Shown here: one piece after another, positions 12,107 through 23,328 of the stretch
How positions within the stretch are numbered: the first letter of the stretch is position 1
Layout: every line of letters starts with the position of its first letter
Assembly: GCA_973895155.1 (NCBI GenBank)
Contig: OZ316896.1
Span: 22,587,722 to 22,651,721, forward strand
Length of the DNA: 64,000 nucleotides
Reading direction: 5' to 3'
Source: Marsupella aquatica
Taxonomy: Eukaryota > Plantae > Marchantiophyta
Notes under the pieces: model-generated
Told to the model about the DNA's origin: nothing
What the model saw: only the letters and a program-made list of their open reading frames with translations
Database searches by the model: none
Made by a program: the position numbers and the translations under genes

Positions 12107-15100
12107 CTACACCTCAAGGAATGAGCCAAGATCAAGTGTCGGAGCTTCATATTCCACTTCATCCTCTTCATCCTCATCATTGTCGTTCTCCTCCGCGGTT
12201 GTAATAATGCAAGTTCCAGTGGTGAGGGTGCTCGTAGTACCACCAATAGGTGGTTGAACCTCAAAGCTCATGGGTCTTGTACCCTCCTCAGTTGCTTCAT
12301 CATTCAAGTCCCACGATTCATCAAGCGTGACAAGTCGGGTCCGGATACAATCCACCTGGCTTGCACTGAGCTCCACGGCTGTCATCGGACGTTTCCCTAA
12401 CAAGGCAACGCATGAGGTTGAACCACTCCCCGCATATAAATCAGCAACCCAATCCCCTGCTTCACTAAAATGTTGAACGAACCAATCTGCTAGAGCTATC
12501 GGTTTCTGGTAAGGGTTCACTATTTCTCCCAATGGTGTTACACATTTCTTTGTAACACAAGGGACTTTTATGATGTTTACCCTTTTCTCATCATGTTCAA
12601 AATTGTACATGTCTCTAGTCCTAATACCACTCTCGTGATAATATCCGATTGACCAGTTTTCAAAAGCCCAAGCCAATCGATTCCTGGAAGGATGAGCATG
12701 TACATTTGGCTTCTCCCAAATTCCAGCCTCTACACCTGCGTTACAAGTTTTTCCAAGAGCATTCATCACAGACCAACTTTGCTGCAAAGAGTGAATCACA
12801 ACAAACCTCCACATCTTTGAACTTGTCACCTTGGCAAAACAATTCACCATATCCACATATCACTCTCTGAAAATGGGACCTCATCATTTTCAGAGCCAGG
12901 CACATTGAATCCATAAGGAATGTCTGCAATTGCAAGTGTGTAATTCCTTTTCTCTACAAACTTATCCAGCGCCCTGACATCTCCACAATGCAATATATAT
13001 CTGATAAAATTTCCGTCAACGTTTTTCCATCGATGGTCACTAGACTCTGCTTCAACCGTTTCAATCCCACGACGATGGTTGTAGTTCTCAATCGCTTCTT
13101 GAACGTAATTCTTAAACCCTGGGGGAATAACACTCAAAGTCAGCTCCTCCGTAGGCTTCTCAACCGCATCGGCACCAATTGCATCCTTGTTCTTCTTCTT
13201 CAAAAAAGCTTTCAACTGCAAACGCAAACTTGTTAAAAGAATCTGGAGGAAAGACAACGGGGAGATAACCATTTAGGAATTCAAACAATCAAATCTGGAC
13301 GATGAATGCGATATGGGATACTCCGTATCCTCGTTCGTATTCAACCAAGCAAAAACCACAGTCAAACATCACCACCGTCAAATAACCATAAGTGAATCCA
13401 AGATGGGATACCCCGTATCCCACTTCACATTCGACCAAGCAAAAACCACATTAAAACATCACAAACGTCAAATAACCACATTGAATACGAGATGGGATAC
13501 CGCGTATCCCACTTCGAATTCAACCAAGCAAAAACCACATTGAAACATCACAAACGTCAAATAACCACAAGTGAATACGAGATGGGATACCGCATATCCC
13601 ACTTGGCATTCAACCAAGAAAAAACCGCATTGAAACATCACCAACATCAAATAAGCACAAGTGAATCCGAGATGGGATACCCCGTATCCCACTTCGCATT
13701 CCAACAAGAAATCCACGAAGAAAACCTCCGAACATGGCGAAACAAATAGAAAAGTCCAATCAGTGGAACGGGAGAACATACCACATCGGACAATTTCCCA
13801 CTCCATCTTTCAAGCTTGGCAGATTCTGTTTCTTTCGGAAAAATTCGTTTGCAAGTCGCCCAGTCTTTCTGCCCTGACAAATAAACAAAAAGCTTGCTGA
13901 TTTTCACAAGTTTCTTGTAACTCTCGGCTTCTTTTGCCATCTGCTCCAAAGAGATCATCCGGTCCTTCACTCGGAGAAGAAGGGACTCCAAAAATTGGTC
14001 GTGTTCAATTCCCTGGATTGCTCTCCAAGGTGTCAAGGTAAGGCCCCCTGCAAGCTTATTCAAAGCTTTTGGAATCGACTGCGCTTTTCCCTTTCCTTTC
14101 TTGAGTTTCTTGATCGGTGACTTCTACTATTCTGCCCTTTGATCTCCAACTTGTTCCACATCTCAAAGATGTGGTCTTGGAGTTCCCAGACCTTACCCGA
14201 CCTAAACGCAATTCGGAAGAGAGGCTCATGCTTCTTCAGGCTTGTGGCGTCCCCCGGAAAAAACCCGTCGAGGCAAACCTCCATCGCACACACTTCTCTA
14301 GTCTCCTTGGTTTTTGCCATTCCTTTGGCAAGGAAAATCTTATGCATTGTTCGGATTTGATCAATGTTGTTCATTTTTTTCCTGTACTCTTGATCAATAT
14401 TATGTTGGATGCTAAGTTTTTGAATGTCCTCCCTTGTGAGACCATCATACACCCAAGCTTGGAGTTCATTGAAGATCTCTCTCCCATAAGCCTGATACAA
14501 TTCTCTCTTAGCCCGAGCACCGTGATTACCTCCAATCACTCGAACCACAAGTGTCTTTTCCCGCTGCAAAGCTGTGGTGATATCTGTTGAATCGTTTTTC
14601 TTTTCTTTAACAGCTCCCCTAGATGATAAAGAAAGCCCACCTGACGAAGTTGAAGGAATCTGAGAAGGTGTCTGTGAAATTGGTGGGACCAAAGATGAGA
14701 CAACACTTCCTGGTGCAGAAGGCGCGCGCTTCTGGATGTCACGTCGATCCAATTTCTTCTTGACAATAGCTTCTTCTGACACCGCTACTTTAGAACCTTC
14801 CCCAGAGAGTTGATCTGCAAGCTTCCTCTTTGCCGGTTCTTTAAAAGAAACTGTGGCAGATTTCTCCTTTGTCGAGGGTGTTCCAGACATCTCCCCTGAT
14901 TTCGAAGCCGGATCGGTAGGCTTCATTATTTTCAACTTCAAAGACCGCTTTTTGACGCCAAAGTCGGCTCCAACAACAGACCTATACGCTACCTTCGTAA
15001 AATCCTCAACAACCCTCCAAGACTTCAAGACAAATTTCAAACACCAATAAGAAAAGTCCTCAATCTCCGGCACTTCCGAAATCAGCTGGCAGATCGTGTC

Positions 15101-15472
15101 ATCAGGAAATGTGTTCATCGAGACCCGATCAAGTTTCTCGTAGTTGAGGACAACTACAGTGAAGGCATTGTTCGGAAGAATGCAAAGGTACATTGGAATC
15201 TTCTTCAGCTGTTTTGTTTTTGAGTTGGTGATATCCGCCTCCCCGGTGTCCACGACTAATCCATAATGGCAATGGTCTTTACCCTTAACTATAACCAACC
15301 ACACCGCTGGACCTTCATAGGCTCTGTGAATATCCATCGCCCGAGCATCCCTGAAGTACCACCTATTCCTCACGAGTTTCTCCTCCGTGTAAAGGTCTTT
15401 CTTCCAAATCTCATCGACGATGGATGTCCGTGAAGACTGGGTCAAACCAGACGACTTTGATTTGTTCGACAT
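12107..15472 (-). pseudogene. ParB/Srx-like domain fused to a beta-class N4-cytosine/N6-adenine DNA methyltransferase
   Basis: ParB-like motifs VRVIGGNHGARA, AWVY.GL and IQHNIDQ. Phase-0 GT-AG intron 13243-13781. MTase motifs ILHCGD, ADIPYG (motif IV), NPYQKP and GDWVADLYAGSGST..AVELS (motif I). Frameshifts near 14130 and 12855. The MTase call is firmer than the ParB call. Confidence 0.85.
13300..13710. repeat. 5 x ~90-bp tandem units, each with a ~43-bp palindrome; intronic
   Basis: Cores TGGGATAC-N3-GTATCC at 13314, 13404, 13493, 13583 and 13673. Confidence 0.95.
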
Positions 15473-15514
15473 GATCCTGAAAAAGATTGACACACTTAGA
15501 ACCAGACCAAAAGT

Positions 15515-15990
15515 AGTTAAATGCGAGATGGGATACGCGGTATCCCACTTCGCATCCAACATCAACAATTGCCAAGTCTGATGCAATTAACGAAAAAGAG
15601 GGAGTTGAATGCGAAATGGGATACGCGGTATCCCACTTCGCATCCAACAACAACAAATGTCCAGAGTCTGATGCAATTAACGAAAAAGAGGGACTTGAAT
15701 GTGAAATGGGATACGCGGTATCCCACTTCGCATCCAACCTCAACAATTGCCTCGAGTCTGATGCAAAGCACGAAAAAGAGGGAGTTGAATGCGAAATGGG
15801 ATATGCGGTATCCCAGTTCGTATTCAAGGTCAAGAAAGAGTGAGGAGGTTCGGATGGAAGTCTAAAAAGAGGGTGTTCAATGCGAGATGGGATACGCGGT
15901 ATCCCATCTCATATTCAATATTGAAAAGAAGGCCAAATAATAGAGTTGAATACAAATGGGGATACGGCGTATCCCTCTCAGGATTCAACA
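15515..15990. repeat. 6 palindrome units at ~90-bp spacing upstream of the ParB-MTase ATG
   Basis: Cores at 15529, 15617, 15707, 15797, 15888 and 15957. Confidence 0.95.
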
Positions 15991-16456
15991 ATTAACCAAA
16001 CGAGGAGGGGAGAGTTTCTTCAGTTTTTACCTATTTTTTGGTTTCGATTCGAGCAAATACGAAAAGCTATAGAGATGTTGCGGCCCAAGAAAAACGCGGA
16101 GGTAAACAAAGTTGAGAAGAAAAAGAAATGAGAGTAATTTTTCTGACCAGGCACTCCTATTTATACTTTATCACCTTCGTATCCACAGGCGATAAGGTTT
16201 CCACAGGCGATAATGTGTATCCAAAAGCGTAGGGTTGGAGTCTGGATGTCTATGTATATTTTTTTTCTCTTGATGGGACTAGAGATAAGGCATATCCCCA
16301 AGTCCTTGTATTCAACCAAATAGATTTTACGCGTAGCGAATCGGGTTGATGCAAGGGTAATCACAAAACTCTTTATTCATTCGGAATTGTGCCATAAAAT
16401 AAACTAAGTTGATATTCTTAAAAAGAGTCTTTACAAAGAGCCCATTCAAGATGGCT

Positions 16457-17008
16457 CTAAACCAGACTAGAAGCTTCCCCATACATTTCCAAGAGCCTCG
16501 TTTGCTCATCTTTCTCAAGATTGTGCCAGTCTTCTTGAAATCGATTTAGGTCAGACCTTGAAAATAAACCTAAGAAATCGATTGGAGGAAGATTCGGTGT
16601 TTCCATCCTAACAAAAGCTTCAATATGAACATTCTGAAGGGGTTTTCCATCGGGAATGCTTGTCAGCATTTCATTTACTTCCTCAAGCTGGCTTTTTGCT
16701 AGTCTAAGAATACCCCAGACTCATGTACAAGTTACGAGCTGGTTCCATTTCTTGGAGGTGCATCCAAGCCACACCATGGTTTTTAATCGCATCAATCTTT
16801 CATCAGCTTGGTTCTTGGAGGAATCAAACTCATCCTCTATACAACAAACTTTCAAAATGGGCCAAATGAACGTTTCAACAATCTCATCAGGAAGTCCATC
16901 CAAAAGCAATCCGGATTCCCTTTGGCCACTTTTTTGTTGAATTTGTTTCTTCTCTTTGTCGAATGACATCGCTAACCTTGTAAAGACAGGGTTCTCAGTG
17001 ACTGCCAT
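16457..17008 (-). pseudogene. F-box-like protein, TE cargo (one in-frame stop)
   Basis: LLDGLPDEIVETFIWPIL...LGCTSKKWNQLV resembles an F-box. ORFs 16721-17008 and 16457-16669 are in the same frame across a TGA. Confidence 0.55.
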
Positions 17009-17183
17009 TCCAAAATAAGAGTGGATACCTGGAGTAATAAATGAGATGGTGAGCTCTTTCTCAGCAACCTACAAAAAAGTGATGGAAAACTGATTTTATT
17101 TCTTTGATCAAAAGAAAAATATATTCACAAAATGTTTGACCCAAGAACGTTCACCTAAACACTTACACACTACTCAAGAAAAT

Positions 17184-17468
17184 TCAACGCGATAAGTTAA
17201 CCCAAGGATCTTCGTTCCAAATCCGACAATAAAAATATGCCAATCGATGATATTTGTTTTGGGCATCACGACAATAGTTACAAGAAGAATTAACAGAGTG
17301 CAGACAACCACTCAAACATATCCTCGACCGAATTGGAACTCCGTCCTTATTTTTTTCACAAAACTCTATTCGGAGTGGATTCAAACTATCATGTGGATCC
17401 ACGCCTCCCATCCATAGCATGCCTAATGCAAGACGAAGAACTTTGAGTGCAACTAATCGCTTATACAA
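17184..17468 (-). pseudogene. Cys-rich ORF remnant of unknown function, TE cargo
   Basis: CLSGCLHSVNSSCNYC pattern; no clean start codon. Confidence 0.3.
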
Positions 17469-17689
17469 TCAACGAGCACGTTTCTCAAGGTTTTGATTCT
17501 GGACCACCATTAGACTCACAAGAGAAAACTTCGTTTTTCAAGGAAAGCTTAAGCTTGAGTGGGTGTCGGTCACTGAAAGGCAGCAAGAGCTTCAGTGCGT
17601 ACAGTTCAGTTGACCTTCGCCTGCGAAACACTCAGTAATCCATAAGGTTTTTCCCATCATTCAAATAAACTCTAGGTAAATACCACATG

Positions 17690-18445
17690 GGCAATCAAAA
17701 CTGGATATTTGAAGAGTGAATCCCAAACGGGATACGTCGTATCCCATTTCACATTCAACGTTGAGGTTTTGACATTTGGAGTCTAAGATGCTTCATTTTC
17801 GCAGGTTGGATGCGACATGGGATACCCCGTATCCCACTTCGCATCCAACCTCCTTTTTTAGCTAAAGAGAAATCAAACTGGATATTTGAAGAGTGAATCC
17901 CAAACGGGATACGCCGTATCCCATTTCGCATTCAACATTGAGGTTTTGACATCTGGAGTCTACGATACTTCATATTCGGAGGTTGGATGCGACATGGGTT
18001 ACCCTGTATCCCACTTTTTTAGCTAATGTGAAACAAAAACTTGAAATTTGAGGGTTGAATCCCAAACGGGATACGCCGTATCCCATTTGGGATTCGTCCT
18101 CGCCATTTCAGGAAGATTCTCACCTGTTCGTCAAAACTGATTTTCGGGGAATACGAGTTTGTATAGACGATATGCATTCGTCGAGAGTAAGAGTATACAG
18201 AACGAGAAAAAATGAGCGTAAAATTCTCAAGCGATGATCTCCTATTCATAGTTTTCTCACTAACCGTGGTTAGTATTTGACTGCAATTGCATCGCAGTCA
18301 GTTAAATATTACCATTGAGAAGAATCATTTTGGAATATTCTTGTTGGGTAAACCAATATCCGCACTTTTACTGCATTTTTTTGGTTTTTTTGGAATTCCG
18401 CGGTTGGATCCGAAATGTGATACGCCGTATCCCATCTTTGTATTC
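17690..18445. repeat. palindrome array organised as a ~177-bp dimer, plus subterminal copies
   Basis: Cores at 17728, 17818, 17905, 17995, 18067 and 18416. Confidence 0.9.
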
Positions 18446-19485
18446 GTGTCAATTTTTCCCATTTTTTCAATTCGAAAAACTAGTTTTTAGTGGGAATACT
18501 AATTCCGTATCCAAGACTTTTTTGCCTTAGAAACTTTTTTCGCCGCGGGCAAAACGAGAAGTGTGGTCACACTTCTCGTTTGGTCCGTCACTATGTTCAT
18601 GTTCTTTCAGTCTCTCAGTCTCCTTGCGTTCCTGCTAGCCTATATGAAGTAGAATTTGTGTCATTTTCAAGTGTGAAGAAATAAAGTAGTGCCTGTGGCA
18701 TGTGCTGCAACACTGGAATCACCTTTGCAAAGCTTTCGTGTGTTTTCGGATGGTATGGAGCTTGCAAACGCAAAGGAATTCTTCTCCCTTCCTTGGTCTG
18801 AATGATTGAGAGTTTAGATCATTGAAGTAAAATTATTTGTATGGAGTTGAATCTCAGAAGTATGAGGGAATAGATTCCTTAAGTGGTGACAACCCATCTT
18901 CTTGAGTTCTTGATGCATAGTTTTTGGCATGACATTGCTTGTGCACGGATGCAAAGATTGTTACTCACCAATTACCCGTGACTTCAATTTGATCATGATG
19001 GTGTTTATTATTCGTGACTCAGAGTACCGACTGAATATTAAAGTGATTGATTACTAGTTTCTTTTGAGTACCTTTGGAAGGAAAAGTTGAGACGTGTTGA
19101 CGACATTTTAGTAATCATCCTAGTACAGTAATCCATTCCAGAAATGTTCTTACGGATTTACCACCCAAATCACCTCAAATGAAGTATTGATGAGAAGTTA
19201 CCTTGGTGATTTCTAGACTCCCTCATCATACCTCAAGATTTCATTGTGTTTTGTTATTTGTTTCCATTTTATTAATTGCATTTACAATGTTAAGCAAACA
19301 TTCAAATCTATGCCTTGATGAGCAACCATAGTAAAAGGCTCAAACCATGTTTTTGTGACCTTAGTCATTCATAAGTGTTAAATGATAGAAAATCATTCCT
19401 TTCTTGTTCTTCCATGGGATCGAATACCGAGTTTTGGAAATTAAATGTTGATTTATGTCCTTAGTGCAATACTACATACTATTTT

Positions 19486-19503
19486 TGGCACCGCTGTCGG
19501 GGA
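19486..19503 (+). other. primer binding site, tRNA-Asp type (Athila-like)
   Basis: TGGCACCGCTGTCGGGGA, close to the Athila consensus TGGCGCCGTTGCCGGGGA. Confidence 0.75.
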
Positions 19504-19859
19504 ACAGATTCAGGAATGGTTTGACATTAGGCAGTGAATGACCAAATTAGAAGCCTTGGATTTTAAGAAAGATTTTCAGGCCAGGGAGAAAAAGAGGAAC
19601 CATTGTAAGTGGAGTTAGGCCAATTCCATTTATTAGGAAGTTATCTCTACTCTTATTTCAACTCTATTATAACCAAGGGAGAAAGATGAATGGATATAGG
19701 AGGGAAGGTCATTCCTCTTATAGAAAGGACATCTTTATCAAGACTTTATTGTTTATCTCTTGGAGAAGGGGTAATATGATATGCAGGCAGTGGATGCCAA
19801 ATTTCAGAATTGAATTGATTGAGAAATATTCCTTATGGATACATGTGAAGAATGGTCAA

Positions 19860-22605
19860 TTCAAGTTTTGGAAGCTCGACCTTACACTTTGGCAGATGCA
19901 CCAGCTGCATTTGCAGAGGTAATTCGAGAAGTAGTTCTCCTTGTTATGAGAGGAAGGAGAACTCTATCCTAGCAAGTGTAAGTTCTTCCAAGACCAGATT
20001 GAGTATTTGGGCCACACTATATACCCAGGGGGATTGGGTGTACAGCAGACTAAAGTGGAGGCCATTACACAGATTCCTTGTCCTACTGATGTGAGCAGAG
20101 TTCGTGCATTCTTAGGATTGGCGAGCTACTACAGGAGATATGTTAAAGAATTTAGCTAGCTTGCTAAACCTTTAACCATACTCACTAAGTTGGATCAGGA
20201 ATGGACTTGGGGTGATGACCAGGAGCATGACTTTCAGGAGTTGAAGCAAAGGTTGGCATCATCCCCTATTTTGAGAAGACCCATTTCAGGCAGACCATTT
20301 TAGCTACACACTGATTGGAGTGGAGTAGGACTTGGAGCAGTGCTGACTCAGAAGGATGATGAGGGGAATGAGTTTGTTATGGCTTATGCCAGTAGATCAA
20401 ACAATTCAGCAGAGGCTAAGTATAGCTCTTATGAGGGAGAGTGTTTGGCAGTAGTGTGGGCTGTTGCACACTTTTGTTGCTACTTGTTTGGTAACCCCTT
20501 TACCTTGATCACTAATCATCAGCCTCTTAAGTGGTTAATGGAGTCTAACAAGCTTACAGGGAAGCTTGCACGATGGGCATTGTTGTTACAAGAGTATGAT
20601 TTCCAGGTGGTGCATAGGCCTGGAAAAGTGAACTTGGATGCAGATGGATTAAGTCGCAATCCATGTACCAATCAGCAAGATGAGACTGGAGCCAGATGGC
20701 ATGATGAGTCAGATAAGGAGATGGTGTCAGGATGGCATGCATCTGCCTTTCTTTGTTGGGTGCCAGCATACAGTGGATCTATGGACTCTACCTCATTGGA
20801 TGGAGTGGATGATGAGTCTTCAGATGTGGATGTTGGTGAGGTAACTTCTGGACAACAAGATATTCACAATGATGTGAGAGTGTTGGAATATCTGCTTAGT
20901 GGTTCTATTGTTGGCAGTGTTGATGCCAAAGAACGTGACAGGGTTCTACAGAGAGCCAAGAGGTTTCAATGGGAGGGAAACCATCTTTTGAGAGTACTGC
21001 ATGATGGTAGGGTGTTGGTGGTACCAAAACCATCACAATGAGTATATTTGGTGCAACATGCACACGAGGAGTTGGGTCACTTTGGTGTGAAGCGCACTTA
21101 CAGCTTGCTGTAGACACAGTATTGGTGGCGTGGTATGCACACTCATGTCCAGCAGTTGATAGCGAAGTGTGTGGTATGTGATAGAGTGAGAGCATCATTT
21201 AATGCTCCCACTCCCAAGTTGCACCCATTGCCGATCATGGGTTTGGGATATCGTTGGATTTTGGATTTTGCTGGTCCATTACCTCTTACCCAACGTCATA
21301 ATCGGTATGTTTTGGTCATGGTGGAGCACTTCTCCAAGTGGATTGAGCTAGTGGCGTTGCCCAATAAAGCTAGTGGAGGAGTTGCTGCTATATTTTTGGA
21401 TCGTGTACTCAGTCGTTTTGGAGCACCAGCTGAGGTGTTGACTGATCAGGGAACTGAGTTCCGTGGAGAGTTTGAGAGTTTGTGTGAACAAGCTCTGATT
21501 GATCATCGTACTACCTCTCGTGATCATCCTGAGGCAGATGGATTAGCTGAGAGAGTTATGCAAACTATGAAGAGAGGATTGCATAAGTATGGCTTGCAGG
21601 TTGGTCATCTGGGAGATTGGGATCTCTAGCTACCTTGGTTAGCTATGGGCTACCGTTCAATCGGCAAGCATCACTTGCATCCTTCTCACCTTACTTTTTG
21701 CTCTATGGTAGAGAGCCAGATTTGCCAACAGCTATTTGTCGTGATGCTGCACCAGTTATGAACTTGGATGATCCTGATGTTTGGGTCAAGGTGTGTTTAG
21801 AGAAAGCACGGGTATTTCAGAGAGTGATGCCCATGGCTTTTAACAACCTTACCATTGCCCAACATCGTGATACTTTGAGGTATGCCACTATTCATGGAGG
21901 AGGTTATCGTGCAAGCATCCGACGATTTCATCTTGGTGATTATGTTTATTTGCAGCAGACAGCACCCACAACGCTTGATGTGACCGCAGGCCGGACAATC
22001 TTACGTGTGCGTGAAGTGTTGTCTTCTGGTGTTCTGATGTTGGAGGGACGCGATGGTATGGTTTGGAAGGATCATGTGCGCAACTGTGCACCATATCACC
22101 TTCCCAATATTGATGGTACAGTAGATCCAAGCTTGGCACATGTTCGTGCTGGCTTGAAATATATGTTGTGTGGATCTGCTCAGGGAGCAGCTACTATGCT
22201 GATTTGTGATAAGTGTTCTAGAGGATGGCACATGTCATGTTTGACACCACCATTGCAGGTGATTCCTAGTGGATCATGGTTGTGTCCTCAGTGTCGGTGA
22301 AGCCGACTAGTTATCATTTGTGTTATCTTGGCAGATATGGATTGTAGGTAGGTGATTGATGGGGCTCACTTGCACTCGACCTCCTGATCTTCACACCTAA
22401 AAATGTGTATATCAACCTTGTAGAACTCATGGCTAGCTAGAGTTAGGCTAGGGGACCTTACTCCCAGCTAGGGGGGCGATTGTGGGTTTTGGACATGTGT
22501 GGACATGAGTTCCACTTGTATTCCATTCTCTTGTGTTTGTGATGTGGCAGTCAGACTATGTCTGGATGTATGTGATAAGCAATGTATGTTGTGTAGCGAT
22601 GTGTA
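19860..22605 (+). mobile_element. Ty3/gypsy fragment: RT end, RNase H, integrase with PHD finger, PPT and start of 3' LTR
   Basis: RNase H AYASRS..EGECLAVVWAV..DADGLSR. Integrase HH..CVVC, LDFAGP, LTDQGTEF and DGLAER. C-terminal PHD. PPT AGGGGGG at 22470-22476, then TG at 22481. Confidence 0.9.
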
Positions 22606-23328
22606 TGCGCACGATAAATTCTCGCTTCCGATCTCATGTCTTTGTTCTGATCGCGGAGGTGAGTATCTCTCCACCAACTTTCTTGCCTTCTATCAACAAC
22701 ATGGCATCCATTGTCAGTTGACCATGGCTCGCACACCTCATCAGAATGGAGTGGCCAAGCGAAAAAATTGTACCCTCCTTGAGGGCACCAGGAGCATTCT
22801 CCTCAACTCTAATATTCCCATCTCATTATGGACTGAAGCTGTTTGCACTGCTAACTATACATAAAATCGTTGCGGCACTCGGGCACTTCACCTGCAATTA
22901 AACCCCATTCAAAGCTCTACACGGTAAGAAACTAGATCTTTCACATCTTCGTGTCATTGGCCTGATAGCCTTGCTTATGTTCTTTTTCCTCCTCACTTAT
23001 GCACTAAACTCAGCGCCAAGACCCTCCAGACTGTCCTGCTAGGATACGACGAACAATCTAAAGCATATCGTTGCTATGACCCCTCTCGAAGACGTATTAT
23101 CATTGCCTCCAATGTTAGCATTCATGAGTCTATCCGTGGGGACTTCCCCTCTAATCATGCTGTTGTCACCAATATCTTTCAACACTTGCTTGGTGAACCT
23201 ATCGTTGGTCCTCCTGACCAAGAGGGGGTAGCTACCATCGACAACTCTGCTACTGCCCCAACTGACGACAACCTTGCTGCTGCCCCTAACGGTGTTGAGC
23301 TCGTTCCGCCTGTGCCTCCAGAACTCGA

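Larger units (their letters stand above)
5415..18597 (+). mobile_element. ~13.2-kb TIR DNA transposon, Sola/DUF7869-like, with ParB-methyltransferase, Ulp1 protease and F-box-like cargo
   Basis: TIR AACACAGTGACGGACCAAACGAGAAGTATGACCAC versus AACATAGTGACGGACCAAACGAGAAGTGTGACCAC (33/35). CATG flanks both sides (5411-5414, 18598-18601). Internal DDE transposase present. Confidence 0.85.
4260..19476 (+). mobile_element. Athila-type gypsy LTR (~2 kb: 4260-5414 plus 18598-19476), split by the 13-kb DNA transposon
   Basis: Starts TGTAAT and ends ACTACA. Has a CCATGGGATCGAATACC motif near its 3' end and is followed by a tRNA-Asp-type PBS. Joining the two halves into one LTR is inferred from the CATG TSD. 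Confidence 0.55.

Noticed and set aside
12107-13272. Bacterial contamination or a restriction-modification system
   Set aside because: The gene has a spliceosomal intron, lies within TIRs among plant TEs, and has no recognisable restriction endonuclease partner.
13300-13710. CRISPR-like array (palindromic repeat plus spacer), also at 15515-15990 and 4743-5349
   Set aside because: Spacers within an array are homologous to each other or very short, repeats are degenerate, no cas genes are present and the context is eukaryotic and intronic.
13313-13900. Short ORFs with repeated MGY.VSH / KWDT.YP peptides (also 15411-15995)
   Set aside because: These are translations of the palindromic DNA repeat on both strands, not proteins.
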